This document shows, one piece after another, positions 1 to 7,590 of a DNA stretch of 37,666 nt (positions are counted from its first letter, which is position 1; each line of letters opens with the position of its first letter). The notes below the pieces were generated by a model, which was not told the origin of the DNA, ran no database searches, and saw only the letters and a program-made list of their open reading frames with translations. A program made the position numbers and the translations under genes. This stretch comes from a virus. Location: UHGV virus genome UHGV-0114450, one strand, 5' to 3'.

Positions 1-87
1 AATTGCACCGGATTTCTCCGGTAAGAAAGTCTTTTTGCGTGGTTTACGGGTTACTTCTGACCGATCACGTTTCAGGATCGCAACCGG

Positions 88-1089
88 TCAGTTGAACAGT
101 GCGTACCAGGTGTTGGCTCCGCAGTATCCATCAGCTTCGAGGCCTTTGGATTTCTGGTAGGACTTGATCGCGGCAGTCAGTCCGTCTCCGCAGAGAGCGT
201 CCATGTTGCCGAAGTAAAAGCCTTTCGCTGCGAGGATGAACTGAAGCAAGAAAGTAAAAGTTCCCTGGTTTCCATGGCTGACGGTGGCTTTCGAAGCAAC
301 TTCTTTGCAGGATTCGAAAAAGTTCTCGTTGGTCGGATCCAACTTCGTGCCGTATCTCCGGTTCATCAAGTCTTTCCAAACCGCCAGGGCAGCCCATCTG
401 GACTTAGTGCCGTAGTCTCCGTCCACGCTCAGTTTGGCTCCACAATACTTCAGGATCTTGTCCCCATAGTTGCTGTTGAGCCATTTCTGACCATCAGAAA
501 CGTTGTTTCTGGCATTGTTGCTGCCGGATCCGGTATTTGTATTCATCCCGGATGTTCCGCCGGAATATCTGCCATTTTCGACGTTGGTGGCTGTGTGGGC
601 TCCATCGTTCAGCAGGACATCTCCCTCTAACAGGTAGTCCGGGCCATTCAGGTATTTGCTCTCAGTCAGAACCAGGAATCCCGCTGCCTTGAATGCTTTC
701 CGCATGTCTCCGGTATAGGTGGCTTTCAGATTTTTCAGGGCATCAATATCAAGCAGGTAACCGACCGCTCTGACATTGGCGATGACTCCTGCAGAGCAAT
801 CAGCTTCGCAAGCAACCGTGATCTGTGATGGATCGTAGTTGCTGGCTTTGAGATGCTGCCAATAGGTGTCTCGCTGGCTCTGATCGTAACCAACCAGATC
901 GTTTTTCGCGGCTTTCACAGCAAGCTCTGCGATTTTCGCGCGAACTACAGAGTTTGGATGCCGCAGTACGCACTTCCAAGGACGGGAGTACCACGAGATC
1001 AGTGCCCATTCGGTTCCTGTCTGATCGCCTGCCTTACCGCCAGAATATCTTCCTTTCTCATCATGTCCACTATTTGAAATTAAGCTCAT
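88..1089 (-). CDS. Endolysin (N-terminal Cys/His peptidase-like domain, C-terminal peptidoglycan-binding repeats)
   Basis: EADCSAGV and DGAHTA catalytic-type motifs, G/S/N linker, PG_binding_1-like repeats (LSVDGDYG, AIKSYQKSKGLEADGYCGANTW). Lies downstream of the holin. Confidence 0.9.
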   Translation of the reverse strand: MSLISNSGHDEKGRYSGGKAGDQTGTEWALISWYSRPWKCVLRHPNSVVRAKIAELAVKAAKNDLVGYDQSQRDTYWQHLKASNYDPSQITVACEADCSAGVIANVRAVGYLLDIDALKNLKATYTGDMRKAFKAAGFLVLTESKYLNGPDYLLEGDVLLNDGAHTATNVENGRYSGGTSGMNTNTGSGSNNARNNVSDGQKWLNSNYGDKILKYCGAKLSVDGDYGTKSRWAALAVWKDLMNRRYGTKLDPTNENFFESCKEVASKATVSHGNQGTFTFLLQFILAAKGFYFGNMDALCGDGLTAAIKSYQKSKGLEADGYCGANTWYALFN

Positions 1090-1148
1090 TTTTTTCTCCT
1101 TCTACCGGCGATTGCGCCGGCGCAAAAAAGGACGGTTATCAGCCGCCC

Positions 1149-1442
1149 TCACTCTGTTTTCTGTGTCTGCTTGATAATCTGATTCACATAGTTGCTCAAC
1201 CCAGCGACGAGGATTCCCTGCGTGACCGCCGTAAATACTGCCATTGCCGCCTGCTGACCGGTGCACACCTCACTGGTGGCCAGCACCCAAATCGCGCAAA
1301 GTACAATGCTCACACCACCCAGAATCAGTGGAATATACTTGTCCTTTACAGCCTGTGCCTGTTTCAGGCCCATGCCCAGGAAGTACAGGACAATAGCTAC
1401 AATGATCAGTTCCGGTTTTACATAATTCATAATCTGTTCCAT
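1149..1442 (-). CDS. Phage holin
   Basis: 97 aa with three hydrophobic segments and KDKYIPLIL / TQGILVAG motifs typical of clostridial phage holins. Adjacent to the endolysin. Confidence 0.88.
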   Translation of the reverse strand: MEQIMNYVKPELIIVAIVLYFLGMGLKQAQAVKDKYIPLILGGVSIVLCAIWVLATSEVCTGQQAAMAVFTAVTQGILVAGLSNYVNQIIKQTQKTE

Positions 1443-1443
1443 G

Positions 1444-1746
1444 TCAATCGCCTTTCTTTTTTAAGTGTAATTCATCAATTTCCTGCTTCATCTTTGTGAT
1501 CATACCGTTTCCACCAAGCACATGATAGGCTTCGTACATCTCGCAGAAGTTCTGGTATGCATAGGATGGGATGTCTCCAAGCTGTGTGTACTTGCTGTGG
1601 TACTCGATCAACTGAACCCTGAGCAGCAACATAGTTCCCTTACTGTTCGCGTCTCGATCCCTTTTCTGATTTTTCAAAAGCCAGACGATGTACCCGAGAA
1701 GCACCGGAAGTGCTATCGTATATGTCTGCATTAATATTTCATTCAC
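1444..1746 (-). CDS. Lysis-cassette membrane protein (holin-associated hypothetical)
   Basis: Likely GTG start at 1746 after AGAAGGA. N-terminal TM helix and a conserved-looking YEAYHVLGGNG motif. Confidence 0.7.
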   Translation of the reverse strand: MNEILMQTYTIALPVLLGYIVWLLKNQKRDRDANSKGTMLLLRVQLIEYHSKYTQLGDIPSYAYQNFCEMYEAYHVLGGNGMITKMKQEIDELHLKKKGD

Positions 1747-1889
1747 TGCTCTATCCTTCTTCCTCATTTTTTTACACAAAAATAGGACCACCTCCGGTCC
1801 CGCTCTAATCTCAGCCATACTATATTCCCTCTTTTTTGATGTAAAAAATTTTATTCTATTCATATCTTTCCTGAAACCTGAATCACCTG

Positions 1890-1918
1890 TTGCAATTAGT
1901 CTGCATCTCTTTTATACT
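1890..1918 (+). promoter_or_regulatory. Sigma-A promoter of small moron ORF
   Basis: TTGCAA-N17-TATACT, followed by an AAGGAG RBS and ATG at 1961. Confidence 0.65.
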
Positions 1919-1960
1919 TAAATATCAAGACAACATTCGTTTTTTAAAAAGGAGATCTCT

Positions 1961-2125
1961 ATGAAACAAGTCTTTTACTCATTATCACCTTCTGATACTA
2001 TTCAACTTTTGGGGATCGTTGCCTCTCTGTCCGTTTTGGTAACACCAGTAGTAAGTTTATTGCGCCTTCACTCCTTCCACCGCCTTTCTGTTATGATTCT
2101 ATTTCTTTTTACTGTTCATTTCTGA
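1961..2125 (+). CDS. 54-aa hydrophobic peptide (not in ORF track), possibly a truncated moron
   Basis: MKQVFYSLSPSDTIQLLGIVASLSVLVTPVVSLLRLHSFHRLSVMILFLFTVHF, with its own promoter and RBS. Confidence 0.55.
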   Translation: MKQVFYSLSPSDTIQLLGIVASLSVLVTPVVSLLRLHSFHRLSVMILFLFTVHF

Positions 2126-2146
2126 CCTGTTTTATTTTCTGCATTG

Positions 2147-2167
2147 AAAAAGGACCGGTAATGGTCC
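2147..2167 (-). terminator. Intrinsic terminator of the HEXXH moron operon
   Basis: GGACC-ATTACC-GGTCC-TTTTT on the - strand. Confidence 0.6.
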
Positions 2168-2186
2168 GATCCTTAAATTTCATCCA

Positions 2187-2303
2187 TCAACTTATTACAG
2201 TTATATTTATTTTTTTTCCATTCTTTTTCATTTTTCGATACCTTGCATTTGCTTTAAACATTCTTATTTTATTTGCAAAACACCACAAACGAAATTTTAA
2301 CAT
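2187..2303 (-). CDS. 38-aa highly basic peptide (not in ORF track)
   Basis: MLKFRLWCFANKIRMFKANARYRKMKKNGKKINITVIS with a GGGGTG RBS. Starts 13 nt after the HEXXH gene stop and is followed by a terminator. Confidence 0.5.
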   Translation of the reverse strand: MLKFRLWCFANKIRMFKANARYRKMKKNGKKINITVIS

Positions 2304-2316
2304 CCTAACACCCCGA

Positions 2317-3060
2317 TTATACAATCAGAATTTCATTCTCCATATTATTTTCTTTAATTAGCATGTTTAATAATTTCTTGCATTTTTCAGGATTATTTGT
2401 ACCTATTGCATTGATCTTCTTTACAAAATTTCTACTTTCTACTAAAATTCTCTTATACTTTTTATCTGCTATCTCTACAAATGTATTCGGTATTGCATTC
2501 TGAATAATATCCCATTCTTGTATCTTTTCTATAAGTAAACACTTGATATGATTTTTCTGATATTTATCTAATCTACTGTATTCTGGATATCCAAACATTA
2601 GTTCCGCAGCTTGAATTTGTACTGCATCTTGCATATATTCCACTATATCTAATCCGGCATTATATAAATCCCTATTTATTATAGGATCCATTACAGTATT
2701 GGATATAATAGTTGCTCTTCCAGCATTAACCATATTCGCTCCTTCACATAATTGTGCTTGTGGATACCCTTTTTCGCCATAAAACAAATGTCCGAATTCA
2801 TGAGCAATTTCCGTTAATTCCCTTGAAATTTTAGGTTCATTCCTCATCAAAACAAAATGACATACATCTCCCATTTTCATTGATCGCATGCTAGCTCCAA
2901 GATCTGGCTTAATGAAAAAGTATACTGGCTTTGATAATTTTGTAATAACATTATTTATATATTCCAATGCTTTTCTGTTTTTAGAAAAATCTAATTCCGC
3001 TATATTATAATATGTTGCATGAAATTCATTTTCAATATACTTTATTAATTCTGATTCCAC
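2317..3060 (-). CDS. AT-rich moron: HEXXH zinc metallopeptidase-like protein (ImmA/IrrE-like motif)
   Basis: EIAHEFGHLF motif, AGGAGG RBS and GTG start. Markedly AT-rich relative to the structural genes. Confidence 0.75.
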   Translation of the reverse strand: MESELIKYIENEFHATYYNIAELDFSKNRKALEYINNVITKLSKPVYFFIKPDLGASMRSMKMGDVCHFVLMRNEPKISRELTEIAHEFGHLFYGEKGYPQAQLCEGANMVNAGRATIISNTVMDPIINRDLYNAGLDIVEYMQDAVQIQAAELMFGYPEYSRLDKYQKNHIKCLLIEKIQEWDIIQNAIPNTFVEIADKKYKRILVESRNFVKKINAIGTNNPEKCKKLLNMLIKENNMENEILIV

Positions 3061-3084
3061 TTCTAAATATCCTCCTATTGCTTT

Positions 3085-3114
3085 TTGACACGTATATAGT
3101 ATCTATGGTACAAT
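3085..3114 (+). promoter_or_regulatory. Strong promoter pointing away from the HEXXH gene
   Basis: TTGACA-N18-TACAAT with a TGn extended -10. Confidence 0.6.
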
Positions 3115-3138
3115 AGGATCGTGAAAATCTATTGTATC

Positions 3139-3180
3139 AATAACCAGGATTTAGGTTGGCGCCTTCCTGGTTATTTTTAT
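3139..3180 (+). terminator. Intrinsic terminator hairpin with TTGGCG loop
   Basis: AATAACCAGGA...TCCTGGTTATT followed by a T-tract. Confidence 0.65.
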
Positions 3181-3303
3181 TTTACTCGCTTCCGGTAAAA
3201 GAAGCAATTTCTTTTTACACCTCCTTAAAATCTATGCTCTCTCTAGTTCACTAAATCTTCCAATGGTTAATCGCTATTTATTTTCATAGCGATGTTCTTT
3301 TTT

Positions 3304-4824
3304 TTAAATGCACAAGAGATATTTGATTTCAGACGCCAGAAGGTTGCCCAGCACTGTGTATCCATTGTCTGCTAAGTGTAACCCGTCAGATAAGTAACCA
3401 ACGTTAGCAATTTTGGTATTAGGTACGATGCCGCTATTATGGTATAAGTCCAAAGTTCTCACACCATAACTGTTGACTATGGTTTTGATTACTGTATTGG
3501 TTTTTTCTTGGTTTTCGTTCCCTTCTGCTCTCTGGGGAGGAAGGCAAACAAGGATAGGCTTTTTAGGGTCATATAATTTTAGGTGTTCCATGCAATAACG
3601 TATTGCGCCTGCCATTGTAGATGTATCTGTACTAGATTCCCCCGTATCAGTTGTGCTACCTGCATTGGTTCCGAGCATAAAACAATACAAGTCATATTTC
3701 CTTTTTTCCGCGATGAGTGTATCCACACGGGTTACACCACACTGCGTCTGCCCTTCTCCTGTTTGCCACCATGCCCCTGCCAGTCCTTCATTTTTTGTGA
3801 CTACTCCTGTTTTATCGTGTACTATTTTCAAAAATCCATCTTCCGTATCATTTCCGCCATTCCAATTAGTAAGTGAGTCCCCGATCATAACCATTGTTTT
3901 TCTATTGCCACTCGAAGAACCACCTGCATTTTTTATAGCTGCGATCAACTTATCGTTATAAAATACCTTCTCTGCCGCATCATAATCTGTAAAATCATCA
4001 TACGATACTACCAATTTTTTATAAAATGCAGGAGCAAAATATGAATTTCCCGGAATGCCAAATCTTACAAATTTTACCTCAGCCGCTATATCAACACGGC
4101 ATATTGCTTTTACACGTACGGTCTGCCCGTTGAGATTTTCATTCACTGTTACGTATCTCAGTGTCAGAAATTTATCTGCATAATCTGCAGAGTCGTGCAT
4201 CGTATATAAGTATTTCTTGTCGGCATCATAGCATCCTATTCTTATCCCAACTTTTCCATTCGTCACCGTATTGTTTCTGCAAATTCTGTAGTATAAAGTT
4301 TTCAGGCTTGACGTATCAATATAATCCGCAAATACATTGATGTTAGCGGTAAATTGATCAAAAAGCTCTCCGGTATACGCACTATTTTGGTAGTTATCAG
4401 AAATAATAGACAGTTTTTGTGTATTCCATAACCGCGCGTCTGGCGCTAGTTTTTTCTCCTCAATCGATGAATCTGCAATCATTGATGCTAGTTCACCATC
4501 ATCTATTTTCTTCTGGAATGCATCCATTTCTTCCTTGAGTGAACTAAACTCAGCCTGTACATCTTCCCCAAGCTTATCCTTCGTAATTGTCTCATCTGCC
4601 AGCTTATCGCCTGTAAGAGATTTTTCCCCGATTGTCATTGCCGCAATACTTCCGTCATCAATTTTCGACTGCACCGCCGCTTTGAATGCTTCGGAATTAA
4701 GTGCCGGGCTTGTTACATCATCATAGCAAACTTCGATTCCGTCATGGATTGCCTTCCGAATATCTTTTCCGTAGATGTTCGCTGGATCCATGATTGCATT
4801 AAGTGCTTCAGATATTTTACTCAT
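3304..4824 (-). CDS. Tail/baseplate protein with C-terminal SGNH/GDSL hydrolase (putative receptor-binding esterase)
   Basis: SGNH blocks IGDSLT, GLAG, LGTN and DGLH. N-terminal YGKDIRKAIHDGI segment typical of clostridial baseplate proteins. Confidence 0.85.
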   Translation of the reverse strand: MSKISEALNAIMDPANIYGKDIRKAIHDGIEVCYDDVTSPALNSEAFKAAVQSKIDDGSIAAMTIGEKSLTGDKLADETITKDKLGEDVQAEFSSLKEEMDAFQKKIDDGELASMIADSSIEEKKLAPDARLWNTQKLSIISDNYQNSAYTGELFDQFTANINVFADYIDTSSLKTLYYRICRNNTVTNGKVGIRIGCYDADKKYLYTMHDSADYADKFLTLRYVTVNENLNGQTVRVKAICRVDIAAEVKFVRFGIPGNSYFAPAFYKKLVVSYDDFTDYDAAEKVFYNDKLIAAIKNAGGSSSGNRKTMVMIGDSLTNWNGGNDTEDGFLKIVHDKTGVVTKNEGLAGAWWQTGEGQTQCGVTRVDTLIAEKRKYDLYCFMLGTNAGSTTDTGESSTDTSTMAGAIRYCMEHLKLYDPKKPILVCLPPQRAEGNENQEKTNTVIKTIVNSYGVRTLDLYHNSGIVPNTKIANVGYLSDGLHLADNGYTVLGNLLASEIKYLLCI

Positions 4825-6868
4825 GCTTCTTATCCTCCTCTAAAGACTGGACTTTCTCGGTTAACTCCTGGATCGCTTTGTAAGCAATTGCCACAGCTGC
4901 ATACAGGTCAATGCCTGATTTGCTGTAATCAACCGCATCTTCGGTCAGTGGATATTCGTCCCCGATGACAAATCCAATATGTTTTCCATCATTGTCTTTT
5001 CCATGCTGTTTGAGCTGGTACCGATATACCTTCGTACTTAGGATTTTTTCAAGTGCTCCATCCTCATAGTCCCTGATATCCTGCTTCAATTCTGCTCTCG
5101 ATGAGTTGATAAGGTTGGTTACCTTGCATTCTCCATTCTTGTCTATAACAAAAGCGTAATTGGCCTTGTTAAATGCGCCCTTTCCATTCCAGCCTCCCCA
5201 TACGACCCAAGGCCCGCAGGAACCAATTCCATTTTCCTGTGTATAGATGGTTTCCAAGTATTCCGCCGGTTCTCCCTCTACCGTGGTTTTTTTGACCTGC
5301 CAGCCGCCAAATAACAGATATATTTTTTCTTTTTCAGCACCTGTTTCGAATCCTTCCGCATTATATTTTAGATAATCGTCCAAGTTGAAGTCATGGCAAT
5401 CTACAAACCCTGTGTTCAGATCCCACCTTGTACCTATCTTTTTTGACGCATCATAGTTATCCGACAGCAACTCTCCTCCGCGGATCCGGTCTGCGCTCAT
5501 TGTTCCGGAAGTGATATTGTCCGCGATGAACTCGCCATTGATACCCCAGGCGCTCGTATATGGTCCATCGTAGCCATTGTGGGAAAACATAATTCCGGCC
5601 GTGCTGCGCTGCATCACATTAACCGCTGTCGCCTTATCCGTGGAATCCATAATCAACTCGCGGATCCACATTCCATTTTCATCGTATTCGTCAATCCTGC
5701 AGCCACTCTTCGCACCTGTGATCTGTTCGAACAGATTTTTCATTGCCTCTTGCCGGCGGGTGGACTGTTTGAAAATCTGATCATTCATTTCTGTCACTGT
5801 TTTGACTTGATTTTCAGTCAGAGACGATGTAACACAACCAAATGTATATTCCGAATTCTGCGGATTTGCCAGATCCAGTTTGATCTTGCTGCACAAAAAA
5901 TACTGGTCCAGATCGTGCGGTTTCGATATTACACGATACTCATTACCAAGCTCGATCTGTTGCACATCCACGTGCAGCAGATGCAGATCAACCGCCTTGA
6001 TTGTGATTGTGGTAGCCATCTCCACGGCCTTATCCAGTGTCTGCCTGGCTTTTCGCAGCAGATTCTCCGGTTGTGTTACATCATCCCAGTTGAGCGTCCG
6101 ATAGATGTTGCCATACAGTTTCTTTCCAACTTCTGAGCAGATATAATTTTTTCCATCATTCACGGATGTTATATCCACGCGCTTTCTCGTCTCTTCATCC
6201 TTTTTTCCCTGCGGAATAAGATATGTATAGACTTCTGATGCATTCACATACTCGCTCAGATCGATAAGATTCTGCCCAAATTCAATGGTTTGCGACGACC
6301 GTACCCCGGGATTCAGAAGGAAATCCAGATATGTTTTTTCTCCCTCATGCCGCAGCAACAAATACCCGCCCATCAGACTCGGCAGTTTATTTGATAGTTC
6401 CTGAAGACAATTCACGTAGTCCTCTGATCCTCGATAGATCGTATCTGTGTAGCTGGTTTTCCCGGGATAGATCTCTCTTCCTTCTGAGCACTGTTCCAAA
6501 TACTGATTTACCAATGTCTCCAGATAGGTTCCAACACTCATCCCGCCTGTTGTATAATCGTATGGGGCTACAATTCCATCGTTCAGAAATGCAAGCTCAC
6601 CTTCGCAGTAAGTAGCTTTGTTTCGATAGAAATCCCGATCACTGTTCAGAATCCGACCTTTCCAGATCTGCTTTCCGTCCTGTTCGACCGTAATTGTTGT
6701 AGACAATTTCTGTAATTCGTTGTAAAGAACATTTGTAATCGGTACATTAAAGGATAGGCTGCCCGCTTTATTCAGCTCTGCCGTAAGCTCTGGCTGTGCC
6801 ACGCCATATCCCTCACCTGCAAGCTCCGGTGCATACAGAAGCTTACCATCCGCATAGATTCGATACAT
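4817..6868 (-). CDS. Tail spike / Tal-like baseplate hub protein with C-terminal S74-type intramolecular chaperone
   Basis: Prophage tail endopeptidase-like N-terminus following Dit. C-terminal SSRAELKQDI...HIGFVI...AYKAIQELTEKV chaperone pattern. Confidence 0.85.
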   Translation of the reverse strand: MYRIYADGKLLYAPELAGEGYGVAQPELTAELNKAGSLSFNVPITNVLYNELQKLSTTITVEQDGKQIWKGRILNSDRDFYRNKATYCEGELAFLNDGIVAPYDYTTGGMSVGTYLETLVNQYLEQCSEGREIYPGKTSYTDTIYRGSEDYVNCLQELSNKLPSLMGGYLLLRHEGEKTYLDFLLNPGVRSSQTIEFGQNLIDLSEYVNASEVYTYLIPQGKKDEETRKRVDITSVNDGKNYICSEVGKKLYGNIYRTLNWDDVTQPENLLRKARQTLDKAVEMATTITIKAVDLHLLHVDVQQIELGNEYRVISKPHDLDQYFLCSKIKLDLANPQNSEYTFGCVTSSLTENQVKTVTEMNDQIFKQSTRRQEAMKNLFEQITGAKSGCRIDEYDENGMWIRELIMDSTDKATAVNVMQRSTAGIMFSHNGYDGPYTSAWGINGEFIADNITSGTMSADRIRGGELLSDNYDASKKIGTRWDLNTGFVDCHDFNLDDYLKYNAEGFETGAEKEKIYLLFGGWQVKKTTVEGEPAEYLETIYTQENGIGSCGPWVVWGGWNGKGAFNKANYAFVIDKNGECKVTNLINSSRAELKQDIRDYEDGALEKILSTKVYRYQLKQHGKDNDGKHIGFVIGDEYPLTEDAVDYSKSGIDLYAAVAIAYKAIQELTEKVQSLEEDKKHE

Positions 6869-7590
6869 TACAGCCTACCTCCTCTGTAATCAATAGAAAC
6901 GATGCCGTGTCCTTCTAAAGTCACAACCGTTTCACCAGTTTTATACACGATATCCGGGTTTCTATTCACACCATCCGGCAGCACAATACCAGATACTATT
7001 GTACTGCCTTTATGGCTGTATTTAATTCCGTTTCCATTATCGGACTTGACCGTAATAACCGGAATCACACTTTTCCTGGTTCCAACTGCCACAATCGTTC
7101 GTTTGCCATCGACCTGCAGCTCCTTCCAATCTCGAATCACACCTGTGTTGAAATTGAAATCATCCCAGGTCCAATCTTCAAGCGAACTTATCAATTCCAA
7201 CTTATACGGCTCTACATTCGCCTCAATGACAAGCGTTGATGTAACCTTGTCTGATTTCCATTCGTTGATTTCCGCGCGGCCGACATAATAATAGAAAGGA
7301 TCTTCATCAAAAATGATTTTTACACGCTGCCCATGCAGATAATCCATAATCTCGGAATAGATGTCTGACCACCGCTCTCTTGCATTCACAACCGCAAATT
7401 CGCACTTGATTGTCCGATTTTTAAATTTCACTTCGCCAGTAAGACTTTCCGTCAGATCAATCTGTCCATCGCTCCCTGGCAGATCAATATAGACCGTTTT
7501 AGGCGACGGGGGCGATATTTCGGGGCGGGACTTTAAATAAAGCCCCCAGTCCCGAAATGAATGTTTCTCGCCAAATAGTACACCGTTCAT
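6868..7590 (-). CDS. Distal tail protein (Dit)
   Basis: Follows the TMP. Motifs HSFRDWGL, DLPGSDGQIDLTE and FDEDPFYYYVGR. Confidence 0.85.
   Translation of the reverse strand: MNGVLFGEKHSFRDWGLYLKSRPEISPPSPKTVYIDLPGSDGQIDLTESLTGEVKFKNRTIKCEFAVVNARERWSDIYSEIMDYLHGQRVKIIFDEDPFYYYVGRAEINEWKSDKVTSTLVIEANVEPYKLELISSLEDWTWDDFNFNTGVIRDWKELQVDGKRTIVAVGTRKSVIPVITVKSDNGNGIKYSHKGSTIVSGIVLPDGVNRNPDIVYKTGETVVTLEGHGIVSIDYRGGRL

Noticed and set aside
1..87. Pistol ribozyme or c-di-GMP-I riboswitch after the endolysin (GGTGCAA end; GTAAACC..ACGCAAA)
   Set aside because: Only short word matches. The required stems and pseudoknot cannot be built.
2317..3060. HEXXH protein as the ImmA-type antirepressor protease of this phage
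   Set aside because: About 30 kb from the repressor in the window (several kb even if the genome is circular), compositionally foreign and longer than typical ImmA. Not excluded, but unsupported.
3304..6868. Diversity-generating retroelement or invertible tail-fibre cassette
   Set aside because: No reverse transcriptase, template/variable repeat pair or invertase was seen in the window.
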